From: an uncultured Methylococcaceae bacterium
GTDB taxonomy: Bacteria > Pseudomonadota > Gammaproteobacteria > Methylococcales > Methylomonadaceae
Direction of reading: 5' to 3'
DNA: 60,764 nucleotides
Assembly (NCBI GenBank): GCA_903918335.1
Contig: CAIXDX010000103.1
Coordinates: 1 to 60,764, forward strand
Shown: positions 31,501 through 39,097 of the stretch, in pieces
Layout of the letters: every line of letters begins with the position of its first letter
How positions within the stretch are numbered: position 1 is the stretch's first letter
Program-made: the position numbers and the translations under genes
The notes under the pieces: model-generated
What the model saw: only the letters and a program-made list of their open reading frames with translations
The model's database searches: none
What the model was told of the DNA's origin: nothing

Positions 31501-33259
31501 TGTCGTATTAGGTAATGATATTATTTTATTTCCTTCTGCATTGAGTAATGTGAATGTCTTAGCTAATCAATCGATAAGTTCTGATAACACTACTTGTACT
31601 AATGGCCTATGCAGTCTCACTATGTCAGATGCAAATCCCTCGTTGATAGGCACTGCTAATAATGTAATAAATACTTTTACACCCTATGATCCTGTTTTTT
31701 CGATGTTTAATACTTCATCGATAGATAGTGGAACTGCAGTTTCTCAATCTATACACGCTCAAATTCCAGTTCATACTGCAGATAAGACCCCTGCGAGATT
31801 TGTCACTCAGGTTGGTGATATTTCTAGAGTTCAAATTAATATGCCTAAGCAGAGTATTATTCAGGCGGGAAATGATTTAGTTAATAGTCCGATTTTGATA
31901 CAGCAAATTAACGCTTATGATACTTCTGTTATTTCTGCGGGCCGCGATATTAAATTTGTAACGGATTTATTTCCTAATTTTAATTGGCAATACAGTCAAT
32001 TGACGCCTACTAGTCCGCCAATTGGAATTCCTGGAAGCTTGATAAGTGATAGTAATATGATTCAGGTGGCTGGCCCGGGGACTACGTTGCTTAAATCAGG
32101 TCGCAATTTGGATTTAGGTTCAGCTATTGGTTTATCGTCGGTGGGGAATTTATATAATTCGGCTTTATCCTCTACTGGGGCGAATTTAGACATCTTGGTT
32201 GGCTTAAATGGTGGTGTCGCTAATTACTCAGCCTTTATTGATAAATATATAGTTACAAATCCGCTGTATGTCACACAATATAAACAGCTAACTGCACTCA
32301 TAACTCCTTTTATGCAGCAAATGTCGAGCAATCCTTTGATGAATGATGCTCAGGCTTTGGCGGCTTTTGCGAATTTGGCACCAAATCAAACATTGTCTAT
32401 ACAAACGCAATTAAATTCGATTGTATCGTCAGTGTTTTTTAATGAATTATATATAGCGGGATCCGCTTCCGCATCCGATAAAACCAAGGGTAATGCGGGG
32501 GGTTTTACCGCCATAGCTACTTTATTCCCTAGTAACCAATGGCAAGGAGATATCAATGTATATTTTAGTAAAATACAAACATTGAGTGGCGGTGACATTA
32601 ATTTAATGGTGCCCGGTGGACAAGTTAATGCGGGTCTTGCAGTAGCACCTGATGGTGCAAAATCAGCAGATCAATTGGGAATTGTTACGCAAGCAAATGG
32701 CGCCATAAATGCTTATGTTAAAAATGATTTTATCGTAAATACTTCTCGAGTTATGACTTTAGGCGGTGGAGATATTCTGATCTGGTCATCAGATGGCAAT
32801 ATTGATGCGGGTAAGGGTGCTAAAGGCGCTTTGTCAGTCACGATTGATCCCCCTTATTTTGATTCTACCGATAAATTAGTTATACCTCCTCCAAGAATTA
32901 CGAGTGGTAGCGGTATTAGGTCTGTAGCTTCGGGTTATCAAAAGGCAGGTAACGTATCTTTATTTGCGCCTAAGGGTATAGTGAATGCTGGTGAAGCTGG
33001 TATTGGTGGTAATAACGTGACTATTTCTGCGGCTGCAGTCATGGGCACTAACAATATTCAAGTTGGAGGTACGTCTACCGGTGTTCCGCAAGCTTCATCG
33101 GGAAGTTTAGCAGCTGGTTTAACAGGGGCAAGTAATTTAACGGCCAATGTCACTCAAGTAGCTCAAACTTCTGCGGAGCTAGATGAAAAATCCAAAAAAA
33201 TCAATTCAAATAGTGCATTAAGTTTGTTGAGTATTGATTTGTTGGGTTTTGGTGAATAG
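22517..33259 (+). CDS. Filamentous haemagglutinin-family TpsA, 3580 aa, with DUF3739-like C-terminus (PdtA-like)
   Basis: TPS domain (IIDWNSFNIG, NGQVYLVNNNGFIFG), long beta-helical G/N/S/T-rich body, C-terminal GGDILIWSS.GNIDAGKGAK and APKG.VNAGEAGI motifs. Confidence 0.92.
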   Translation: MQNKSKFSEDFFRLKPIVIGVRLVIASGLFVGSGLTEVNANPILNLPDPVIHGLTITDGSAAHGNATMTINGNQEIINQTTNKAIIDWNSFNIGPGYSVNFVQPSATSSALNNIHDANASQILGTLTANGQVYLVNNNGFIFGKDSSVDANTLVASALNISDANFNGGIIRTFDNNNGAPALSGGAATDATISVDAGASIKAGQSGTVILAAPNVNNSGAISADQQGQIILVASKDNVYLQPASKTSPFAGLLVEVGTGGNVNNNAGANVAVREGNITLAGFAVNQSGRLSATTSVNVNGSIRLLARENAQNIGTTVPVLDAYQTVRNAGLVNEQDSSVTFGVGSSTSVLADANGGTAINGIAQHQSYVEVSADKIEMQSGSAIVATDGAVNLTAQNTLDTSILAGTLPGNPGRIDLQQGSTIDVSGSTNTILPMSRNVVGVSVQSFNLRNSPYQRGGVLQGQTIQVDVRNLPTIFDASSAPASIQQGINERLSAGGTINLNSYGDVIVNSGAVVNIAGGAVTYQSGYLNTTQLVNASTGQIVDIRFADPNQQYSAIYGVYSENHAKWGVNDSWNIMTPQSSGVYEAGYTQGAVAGSLNIESPITAWAGQLIAGTTTNIYQRTNPASGGSFTINQGDTAGQFLSNQNVIFQNSPVALQAINFNDPTLATSTPIILSTDLVNRSGISNLKISTSGVVTVAKDANLSLASSFTTQVDSNGKSVFTPLSTFAINASTINMLGSIYNPSGNINLTTTVNPNDNNSGKISLLANSQLNVSGRWINDFKDGVSAPLTINGGTVSLTSASSINFNQGATIKADGGAQLNLSGNGINAGNAGSIKLTATDFQFSSPTETQTALSAIGLGKGGSLNLTNTFNKINIGSNNPSAFNLGVTNGSLDVAVNAGFSSINLNSTQQDIMLSANTNWSFGTKNRLLNSNYRDESGAATLAGFSQITTLPENLRSPVTLTLNGYNGVTLEKGSQLHVEKNSTVNITDNQGPGIYINGLIDAQAGNINLKINPLVSATYDPTQAIWLGSQGGLNVQGTTVLNPVDALGRQTGTVLNGGNINVSAQQGYVVLEQGSNVNVNGTKASLNVPVPNSLLNNQQVIGSNAGNINITAAEGIVLDGAISAQKGLASNSGGSLNLTLDRGSRNIPNNDYSFSSNSLHIDVVQQNLPTLSSNVTFGTNLDALNLNGQAVVSSNKIQQAGIDSLSLNLPYLLSYASFGGYPNPPAGDIRFLNDVTLNTASSIVLNAQDIISGTDGVNNVGTAQLNTGYLKIGSSSIDTVVDTSVLGNGSFTGNAKWIDLQGSSLLTGFNTVNLNSQHDIRVIGNNITSSDVNPVNSFIPNTYTGVFQTAANLNLNASQIYPTTLTQFTFNVTDPTSRVSITGQNADVTPLSAAGSLIFNAPNISQAGVLKAPLGTITLNAIDTLSFANGSYTSVSAEGLVIPFGTVKNNVWQYALAGSNANANYVYNLAPDYQTIGSKNITLNAPNIQLNKGSVVNVSGGGNLMTATFQPGGGGGFDYLMPGGQLNTSSSNPYDLIMQGIYGYKNAFAILPSISNSITPYDPSLATNFANDPRAEVYLNGTANLLAGFYTILPAYDALLPGAFLVTPQTNILNQQETSYTSTGLPIVAGYQTIAGTNIQPALNSGYLIESSAQVQTHTQYNINYANTFFANQAAINGTSVPLLPQDAGQVSINASTQLVLDAQFKASAPNGRGAKMDISATNIDVVKSIDPANTSAGLQILAQNLNNLQVDSLLLGGTRIFDSATGNTNLTVAADTVTFDKGVTIQAFDLLAAGKVSVNVLTGATINASGKVNTGDSKINLTGDSALLRVSADKQIQLNRLLDPYNPFPGSTGDLLIDSGATLSASQSMLLAASHSTILNGNINMSGGSISMLANAINLGDVAALPATALNLTNQNLTNMLGNDLTLTSQSAINFYGDVGQLVANNVQPIQFKNLVLDANSLSGYAGATLGTNTSNVAMLKADTLTIQNTSGSTSTTPGAGSGALDLTATQFNVGKGTLSFDGFSTTNINVDKQFNSTANSVVNLATDLNLTAGLINTTGGHSLLLDATSGIGHNVTISGNVSKTTPVTNQLGGSIAISANNITLQDANILMPSGTLKLTAQNGNVLVNGTSNINLKGENVTFGDLISYTQGGNFSAIASNGSINLASTTALDISTGGGHAAGGSLKLTSLKNTINLAGSLKATGASATIDTLDLSGTQFDSLMTKLMTAGVNQAVYVRSRTGDIVENTAITAKSISLVADAGSIDIFGKLSTDSVAQAGNINLYAGNNITLESGSAVSATGTKGGNVLLSALGTATTPGGIISINTGASIDVTGSSSLLGTNSAGGTVTLDAMRNTGSTGININPINGSITGASGLYAVGFKKYDAAFVSSMSTPIADIASALSTVTIPYGILFDPNIGMGSQLDTLYLFSSAPDYFNFLGNVSTDINNYFNTLTNGTYYTSNDIAGLSAIVQQEFSNFISLDQISVNPVDLATINSDLNALVTTSMAAYLAPASTNFAGLSNTINTDVNSYMNTYASTIQTNLGHSIAVRTGVEIDNTNGPMTLASAWDFSGLSNNGISGNNQNPLITFQNPIVGDLIVRSVGQLNINAPLTDGYVNGGPTLMNSDSWSFQLVSGADLSSADTMATNNLSAADKLINPNIGDLTLGSGASVHTGTGDINLAAGGNIVFADQTATVYSGGRSSQIDPYGTLDNQHTGYGSPYNGAVMYSFYPNGAYPIDGGSVTFQAGADIFGAVSNQFIQSSWLNVQGQTPLMSNLFSLTAWMVDASQFQQNIGSFGGGAVNVNASGNINDLSVMMPTTGKQLGTSNTTNALDVEGGGLMNISAGGNIYGGAYYLGQGVGTISAGGEITGSQQINVMNAFVSGPQLVMSGNQSDPINGNTSFTLNANQGIKISGVSDAMVLYKPNGPAPEFFSYTDKSKLTLNSLGGDIHLNSDTSVMTRLLSWNPTDYWQNLANVYPASMDATAFNGSVVLGNDIILFPSALSNVNVLANQSISSDNTTCTNGLCSLTMSDANPSLIGTANNVINTFTPYDPVFSMFNTSSIDSGTAVSQSIHAQIPVHTADKTPARFVTQVGDISRVQINMPKQSIIQAGNDLVNSPILIQQINAYDTSVISAGRDIKFVTDLFPNFNWQYSQLTPTSPPIGIPGSLISDSNMIQVAGPGTTLLKSGRNLDLGSAIGLSSVGNLYNSALSSTGANLDILVGLNGGVANYSAFIDKYIVTNPLYVTQYKQLTALITPFMQQMSSNPLMNDAQALAAFANLAPNQTLSIQTQLNSIVSSVFFNELYIAGSASASDKTKGNAGGFTAIATLFPSNQWQGDINVYFSKIQTLSGGDINLMVPGGQVNAGLAVAPDGAKSADQLGIVTQANGAINAYVKNDFIVNTSRVMTLGGGDILIWSSDGNIDAGKGAKGALSVTIDPPYFDSTDKLVIPPPRITSGSGIRSVASGYQKAGNVSLFAPKGIVNAGEAGIGGNNVTISAAAVMGTNNIQVGGTSTGVPQASSGSLAAGLTGASNLTANVTQVAQTSAELDEKSKKINSNSALSLLSIDLLGFGE

Positions 33260-33274
33260 TTGATAGAAGTTTGG

Positions 33275-33308
33275 ATTTCATAATAGTGTAATGTATGTTT
33301 GTGATAAT
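33275..33308 (+). promoter_or_regulatory. Candidate Pho-box-like promoter of the exbB-exbD-tonB-porin genes
   Basis: ATTTCATAATAGTGTAAT (33275-33292), 10-bp spacer, GATAAT (33303-33308) with extended -10 TG. Confidence 0.5.
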
Positions 33309-33337
33309 AAATCGAATTAAAATTTGTCTGTTATTTA

Positions 33338-35143
33338 ATGAGAGAAATAATGAAACGATTTGTTTTTGCATTAGTATTATTAATGTCTATTCCTGGAATT
33401 GCATCAGCTTGGTGGAATGACGATTGGGGCTATAAGAAAAAAATTACTTTAGATGCTCAAAAACTAAAGCAGGATAATGTAACTATACCTTCGAGTGCTT
33501 ATGCATTAGTAAGATTACATACGGGTAACTTTGGTTTTTTTGCTGATTTAGCCGAAAAAGGTAAGGACATTCGCGTCTTAGCCGTGGATGAAAAAACGCC
33601 TTTAAAATTTTATATAGAAAAATTAGATCCTATTAATGAGATAGCCTTGGTTTGGGTAAAGTTACCCGTCGATTTATCGACAGCTGATGAGCCTGCCTTT
33701 TGGATTTATTATGGTAATGCAAAAGCTGTTGATGCCCAAGAAGCACCCGGGGCATTTGATGTAAATCAAGTTTTAGACTACGAATTTAGTGACTCGGCAG
33801 TTAAAGATTTGACCGCTTATGCTAATACTCCAAGTGAAACAACAGCTACTTTTGTTGAAAGTGGTTTGATAGGTGATGCAGGTTCATTTAATGGCAGTCA
33901 AATTATACGAGTACCAGCGACACCTGCTTTACAGATGTCACCGACTGCTGGTTGGACGGTATCTACTTGGGTAAAAGTAGATCAAGAACAAGCGAATAAT
34001 GTAATTTTTCAACGCTCCGGTGCGAGTGGAAGTGTAGCTTTATCATTAGTGAATCAAATCCCCACTGTTGAAGTTGAAGAAGGTTCAAAACAAAAGTTTC
34101 AAGCTACTGCGCCAATTACTACAGGTGCATGGCATCAGCTAGTGGTAACCGCTACTTTTAATATGTTGACACTCTATGTGGATGGTGTGCAGGCAGGATC
34201 ATTAGGTGTTTCTACTCGTGATTTAACAGGTAATTTGGCGATTGGTGCTAATGAACTTGGTGCACGTGGCTTAGTTGGAGCGTTAGATCATTTTGCCGTT
34301 TTTAAAGTCGCTTTAGATACTAACGCTATAAAGTTTGATGCAGAGATGCAAGGTCAAACCGTAAGCTTATTAACCTATGGAGAAGATAGTACGCCTGATT
34401 CGGAAGAGGGCGGTGAATCTTTAATCATGGGTTCTATTAAAAACGTAACGCCAGATGGTTGGGTTATTATTGGTATTCTGGGTGTGATGTTTGTGATCAG
34501 TTGGTTTGTAATGATCATGAAAGGCATTGTGCTAAATAAGGTCTATCAAGAAAACAAAAAATTTGAGGCGGCTTATAGCACTTTAGGTATTCAAGAATTA
34601 GGCAAACTTGATAGTGATGATGGTAGTGCTGATGAAGAAATCTCTTTATTATCGTTCTCTGAGACTCATGGTGAATTTACGGGTTCGACTATTTATCGAG
34701 TCTACCATGTGGGTGTGGTTGAGATGAATCGTCGTTTAAAATCAGTTGATGGTACTGATGCTTCAGGTATTTTGTCTACTCAAGCCATGAATGCGGTAAA
34801 AGCTTCGATGGAAGCTAAATTGACTCGCGAATTACAAAAGCTTAATTCACAAATGGTGTTATTAACCATCGCTATTTCGGGTGGTCCATTCCTAGGTCTA
34901 TTGGGAACTGTAATAGGGGTAATGATTACCTTTGCTGCTATTGCGGTGAGCGGTGAAGTGAATGTAAATGCCATTGCACCGGGTATTGCGGGTGCATTAA
35001 CTGCGACGGTAGCTGGTTTGATTGTAGCGATCCCTTGTTTGTTTGGTTATAACTATTTAGGGGGGCGTATTAAAGAAATTACGGCCGATATGCATGTATT
35101 TGTGGATGAGTTTATTGCAAAATTATCAGAAATACATACTTAA
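33338..35143 (+). CDS. DUF2341 + LamG-like + MotA/TolQ/ExbB fusion protein
   Basis: Signal peptide, WWNDDWGYKKKI / LVRLHTGNF / GKDIR DUF2341 motifs, LamG-like WTVSTWVK..WHQLVVT..LYVDG, ExbB GPFLGLLGTV.G and IAPGIAGAL.AT. Start may be 33350. Confidence 0.92.
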   Translation: MREIMKRFVFALVLLMSIPGIASAWWNDDWGYKKKITLDAQKLKQDNVTIPSSAYALVRLHTGNFGFFADLAEKGKDIRVLAVDEKTPLKFYIEKLDPINEIALVWVKLPVDLSTADEPAFWIYYGNAKAVDAQEAPGAFDVNQVLDYEFSDSAVKDLTAYANTPSETTATFVESGLIGDAGSFNGSQIIRVPATPALQMSPTAGWTVSTWVKVDQEQANNVIFQRSGASGSVALSLVNQIPTVEVEEGSKQKFQATAPITTGAWHQLVVTATFNMLTLYVDGVQAGSLGVSTRDLTGNLAIGANELGARGLVGALDHFAVFKVALDTNAIKFDAEMQGQTVSLLTYGEDSTPDSEEGGESLIMGSIKNVTPDGWVIIGILGVMFVISWFVMIMKGIVLNKVYQENKKFEAAYSTLGIQELGKLDSDDGSADEEISLLSFSETHGEFTGSTIYRVYHVGVVEMNRRLKSVDGTDASGILSTQAMNAVKASMEAKLTRELQKLNSQMVLLTIAISGGPFLGLLGTVIGVMITFAAIAVSGEVNVNAIAPGIAGALTATVAGLIVAIPCLFGYNYLGGRIKEITADMHVFVDEFIAKLSEIHT

Positions 35144-35204
35144 TTTTAGATTATAAATGTAAACATTTGTTGTAGTTAACCCTTACCGTAAGAGATTTTA
35201 GTAA

Positions 35205-35609
35205 ATGAAGTTACAAGAAGAAAATGCCGCGTATGATGAGATTAACGTAACACCGATGCTAGATTTAGCATATGTGCTATTAATTGTATTCATATTGATG
35301 ACAACTGCTGCGGTACAAGGCGTACAAGTTAATTTGCCTAAAGCGAGTAATACACCAAGTTTGTCTAAGCCTTTGACTAAAGCTATTACGGTATCTGCAG
35401 ATGGTACGATATTTTTAGATACCTTTCCGGTGACCATTGAACAATTAGAAACCTCTTTAATGCAGTATAAAGCGGCTAATCCAGCGTTACCCGTGGTGGT
35501 AAAAGGTGATGCGTCTGTACAGTATCAGAATGTGATCGATATTTTGGCACTGTTAGGGCGACTAGAGATTACTCAAGTTGGTTTAGTCACTCAAAATCTA
35601 GTTAAGTAG
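35205..35609 (+). CDS. exbD: ExbD/TolR biopolymer transporter
   Basis: EINVTPMLDLAYVLL with the conserved TM Asp; V.LPKA; KGD..V.Y. Confidence 0.93.
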   Translation: MKLQEENAAYDEINVTPMLDLAYVLLIVFILMTTAAVQGVQVNLPKASNTPSLSKPLTKAITVSADGTIFLDTFPVTIEQLETSLMQYKAANPALPVVVKGDASVQYQNVIDILALLGRLEITQVGLVTQNLVK

Positions 35610-35623
35610 TGTTTTGTAGCCTT

Positions 35624-36283
35624 ATGACTAAAGAAGAGTTTTTTGCTAAACGTAACAGACCTAAATTGATTATTGGGTTTGTTCTAATAGCTGTTTTTAT
35701 TTATGTGATTACGGTGATTATTCACTTTGTGAGTGAAAAGCCGGTGAAGCATGAAAAAAAAATCATGCCGATTGAGTTGTTTAAGCCACCCCCACCGCCT
35801 CCGCCACCTCCGCCTAAAACTGAGCCACCACCGCCTGAACCGGAGATGGAAAAAATTAATGAGCCTGAACCTGAGCCAGAGCCGATTCCTGATGTGCCTG
35901 ATCAACAGCCAGCAGGTGATACTGGGTTAGATGCTGAAGGAGTTGCGGGAACTGATGCCTTTGGTTTAGCTGCTAAAAAAGGAGGGCATGGTCTATTAGG
36001 TGGTGGAGATCCTAATGCATGGTATGCCGGAACGGTAAGAGATAGCTTATTAGATATTCTAGCGGAGCATGATGAAATCCGAAGAAAAAGTTATTCCGCA
36101 GTCATCAAGATTTGGTTAAATCCAGATGGGACAGTATCGCGTTATGAAATGTCACGCGGAAGTAATGATCCAGAGATTGATAAGCTTTTACATAAACTGA
36201 TCTCTCAGTTTAAAAAAGCGAAGGAAGTGCCGCCTCCGGGAATGGCGCAACCGATTAAGTTTAAAATTTCATCACGACTTTAA
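35624..36283 (+). CDS. TonB/TolA-family energy transducer
   Basis: N-terminal TM, poly-Pro and (EP)n linker, TonB_2-like C-domain (IWLNPDG.V...SRGSN..ID). ORF track starts at 35609. Confidence 0.85.
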   Translation: MTKEEFFAKRNRPKLIIGFVLIAVFIYVITVIIHFVSEKPVKHEKKIMPIELFKPPPPPPPPPPKTEPPPPEPEMEKINEPEPEPEPIPDVPDQQPAGDTGLDAEGVAGTDAFGLAAKKGGHGLLGGGDPNAWYAGTVRDSLLDILAEHDEIRRKSYSAVIKIWLNPDGTVSRYEMSRGSNDPEIDKLLHKLISQFKKAKEVPPPGMAQPIKFKISSRL

Positions 36284-36306
36284 TTATTATTGGTAGGAAA
36301 TATTAT

Positions 36307-38049
36307 ATGAATCACAAGAGACAGCTACTGGCTCTGGTCTTATTATCTCTAACTCAATTAACCCATGCGGGTGAAAAAGAAGAGTTACTCAAATTAAAAA
36401 ACACCACTACCAATTTAATTAAACAACTCGTTAAACAAGGTATTTTGACTGAAAAAATGGCTGCTGAAATGATTAAGCAAGCTGAAACTGAGTCAAGTCA
36501 ACAAGTTGTTGAAGCTAAAGCAGTTGCACCTGTTGTAGAAAAAGAAGTCGTGCCTGCTGATGAAGTCCGTGTTGCTTATGTACCTGACTTTGTAAAAGAC
36601 GAAATCCGTCAACAAGTGCGTACTGAGTTGAAAAACGAAGTGGTCGGTGATGTCATGCAACAAGCTAAAAAAGAAAAATGGGGCTTGCCAGGGGCTTTAC
36701 CTGAATGGGTTAATCGCTTTAAGTTATCAGGTGATATTCGTTTAAGAGAGCAGTCAAGTTTTATGGCATCTAATAATTCGATAAATGGAACATACATCGA
36801 TTATGCCGCTATTAATACTAATGGCGGTAATGCAAATAATCAAAATACGTTCGTTAATACCCAGGATGGTCGTAATCAAGGTCGTGAAAGAGTGCGTTTA
36901 GGAATTGATGTGAAAATTACGGACGATATAGATGCAGGCATGCGTTTAGCCACAGGTAACATAACTAATCCAGTATCTACCAATCAAACCATGGGTATTA
37001 CGGGTCAAAAATATGCATTTAACTTAGATAGGGCTTTTTTACGTTATAACGCAGTGAATGATGACAAGTTCAATTGGCTAACCGTAATGGGAGGTCGTAC
37101 GCCTAATCCCTTTTTTACCGGTGGTAGTGAAGTGGTTTGGGATGAAGATTTATCGTTTGAAGGTGTGATGGGTACCGTAAGACATAAATTAAGTACAGAT
37201 GGGTTGGAAAATGCAGCTGGTGCTAAGGGGCCTATGGTTTATGCAACCGGTGGCATGTTCCCATTACAATCATCGGTGGGTTTAAGCTCGCGTGATAAGT
37301 GGTTATTTGGTGGTCAAACTGGTTTAGACTGGGGTTTTGATAATCAAGACTCTCTAAAAGTGGGTGCCGCTTATTATGATTATCGTAATATTACCGGTAA
37401 AGTTGATCCGCAGTTAAATAACTGTGGTTATAGTAATCCTCTTGCGTGTAATTCCTCTGCAGAAGTTATGCAGTCAGTTCCTCAATTTATGCAGTATGGC
37501 AATACTTTGACACCAGTATCAAACACTGCAACGGGTTCTTTATATGGCTTAGCCTCTAACTATCGTATTCTTAATTTTAACGCTTTATATGATTTAGCTT
37601 TATTTTCGCCTCATCACTTAAAGTTTAGTGCCGATTTTGCAAAGAACATAGGTTTCAATTCAAATGAAATTAAGAACCGTTATCCTGGTGGTACTTTTGT
37701 GACTGGTGGTGCGTTGAAAAACTCTTTAAATTCCGCCGGTACTTATGCATGGCAAGTCAGAGCAGAGTTAGGTTGGCCTAAAGTTGATGTTGCTGGTCAT
37801 TGGAGCGTATTTTCTTTATACAAATATGTTGGAAGTGATGCTGTGCTCGATGCTTATACGGATTCTGACTTTCATATAGGTGGATCACTTAACTTGGGTG
37901 GCACTAACGTGAAGGGTTGGGTAGTCGGTGGTAACTATGGTTTGATGAAAAATCTTTGGTTAACTGGTAAATGGTTTAGCGGTAGTATGATTACAGGCCC
38001 GCAATATAATGTTGATTTAATGCAACTTGATATCAACACGCATTTCTAA
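36307..38049 (+). CDS. Putative outer-membrane porin with long N-terminal periplasmic helical region
   Basis: Signal peptide, LIKQLVKQGILT, VRVAYVP.FVKDEIR, SGDIRLR, RLATG...P.STNQT, DSDF..GGTN, terminal Phe. Confidence 0.85.
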   Translation: MNHKRQLLALVLLSLTQLTHAGEKEELLKLKNTTTNLIKQLVKQGILTEKMAAEMIKQAETESSQQVVEAKAVAPVVEKEVVPADEVRVAYVPDFVKDEIRQQVRTELKNEVVGDVMQQAKKEKWGLPGALPEWVNRFKLSGDIRLREQSSFMASNNSINGTYIDYAAINTNGGNANNQNTFVNTQDGRNQGRERVRLGIDVKITDDIDAGMRLATGNITNPVSTNQTMGITGQKYAFNLDRAFLRYNAVNDDKFNWLTVMGGRTPNPFFTGGSEVVWDEDLSFEGVMGTVRHKLSTDGLENAAGAKGPMVYATGGMFPLQSSVGLSSRDKWLFGGQTGLDWGFDNQDSLKVGAAYYDYRNITGKVDPQLNNCGYSNPLACNSSAEVMQSVPQFMQYGNTLTPVSNTATGSLYGLASNYRILNFNALYDLALFSPHHLKFSADFAKNIGFNSNEIKNRYPGGTFVTGGALKNSLNSAGTYAWQVRAELGWPKVDVAGHWSVFSLYKYVGSDAVLDAYTDSDFHIGGSLNLGGTNVKGWVVGGNYGLMKNLWLTGKWFSGSMITGPQYNVDLMQLDINTHF

Positions 38050-38062
38050 AGGCATATCGTTT

Positions 38063-38680
38063 ATGAAAATTAAGATTAACGCACTGATGTTACTAGCGGG
38101 TTTAATGCTGTCTATCACATCATTAAACACTAGAGCGGCACCTAGAACTGATAATGGCAATGGTAAAGCGATGGCTAAGTTGCAGATGATGGTTAAAGAA
38201 GCAACTACTGCTAGAGATGCGTTAAAGACTGAAAAAGAAAAAATTGAACAAGAATTGGTAAAGTTGAAAAAAGAAAAGGACATTTCAGAGTCATCTGAAC
38301 AGCAATTAAAAAGCGACTTAGCGGCTAAAAGCAGCTCTTTATCAGCGACCTCTAATACTTTAGAACAAACCAATGCTAAATTATTGGAAGTGATTGAAAA
38401 ATATAATGTGCTTAACAAGGCCAAAGCTGAGTTAAATATAAATTATGAGAAATTGGTCGCGACTAATAAGCAAACAGATAATAATTTGCAAAGTTGTGAA
38501 TCTAAAAATGTAAAGTTGTATGATGCAGGCAAAGAAATTCTTAGTGCTTATCAAAATAGAAATATAGTAGATACTTTACTTAAAGATGAACCTATCTTCC
38601 AATTTAATAGTGTTGAAATGGAAGGCATTGTTCAAGAGTATGAAGATAAATTACGTAAGCAAATTTATACTAAAAAATAG
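38063..38680 (+). CDS. Exported coiled-coil protein
   Basis: Signal peptide from ATG 38063, long heptad region, C-terminal C..KN.KLY...EIL..Y..EP..Q...VE.E...QEY.DK. ORF track starts at 38027. Confidence 0.75.
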   Translation: MKIKINALMLLAGLMLSITSLNTRAAPRTDNGNGKAMAKLQMMVKEATTARDALKTEKEKIEQELVKLKKEKDISESSEQQLKSDLAAKSSSLSATSNTLEQTNAKLLEVIEKYNVLNKAKAELNINYEKLVATNKQTDNNLQSCESKNVKLYDAGKEILSAYQNRNIVDTLLKDEPIFQFNSVEMEGIVQEYEDKLRKQIYTKK

Positions 38681-39097
38681 TTTTTTAAACAGATTTATCG
38701 ATTAATATGCGGTATTTGCTTGATAAGGTAATTTTTGTGAATTGTTTTTTTTAAACTTACTTCACAATATAATAGATAATCTAAGCTGATTTAAGTCTTA
38801 AATTAGGGGGGGGATTATCCTACCCTTTGTCGCCTAGGCCTAATAGATAGTTAGCGTTCATTAGTTTGAGCAACGCCTATAATTTCTCCGATTGTGCAAT
38901 TTTTACTTCCTTACAGTCTAAATACGCGTGCTATTGAGTTTAAAATCCTGAACGTGATTGGTTAAAGGCTTTTAATTAGCTCTTAGTAGCCAATTTATAT
39001 GGCAAGTTTACTCAATCAATTCATGATGCCAGTTTTTTATTATATCTAAGTTAATGTATATTATGTCTAGATTGCCTTATATTTATTATTTACTATT

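Noticed and set aside
22652-32598. Several 60-126 aa minus-strand ORFs inside the TpsA gene
   Set aside because: Shadow ORFs fully within a long, well-supported gene.
22517-33337. TpsB/TpsA as a contact-dependent inhibition system
   Set aside because: No VENN or toxin tip and no immunity gene; the C-terminus is DUF3739-like.
35785-35885. C-rich CCN and GAGCCT/GAACCT repeats
   Set aside because: They encode the poly-Pro and EP linker of TonB; not an independent repeat element.
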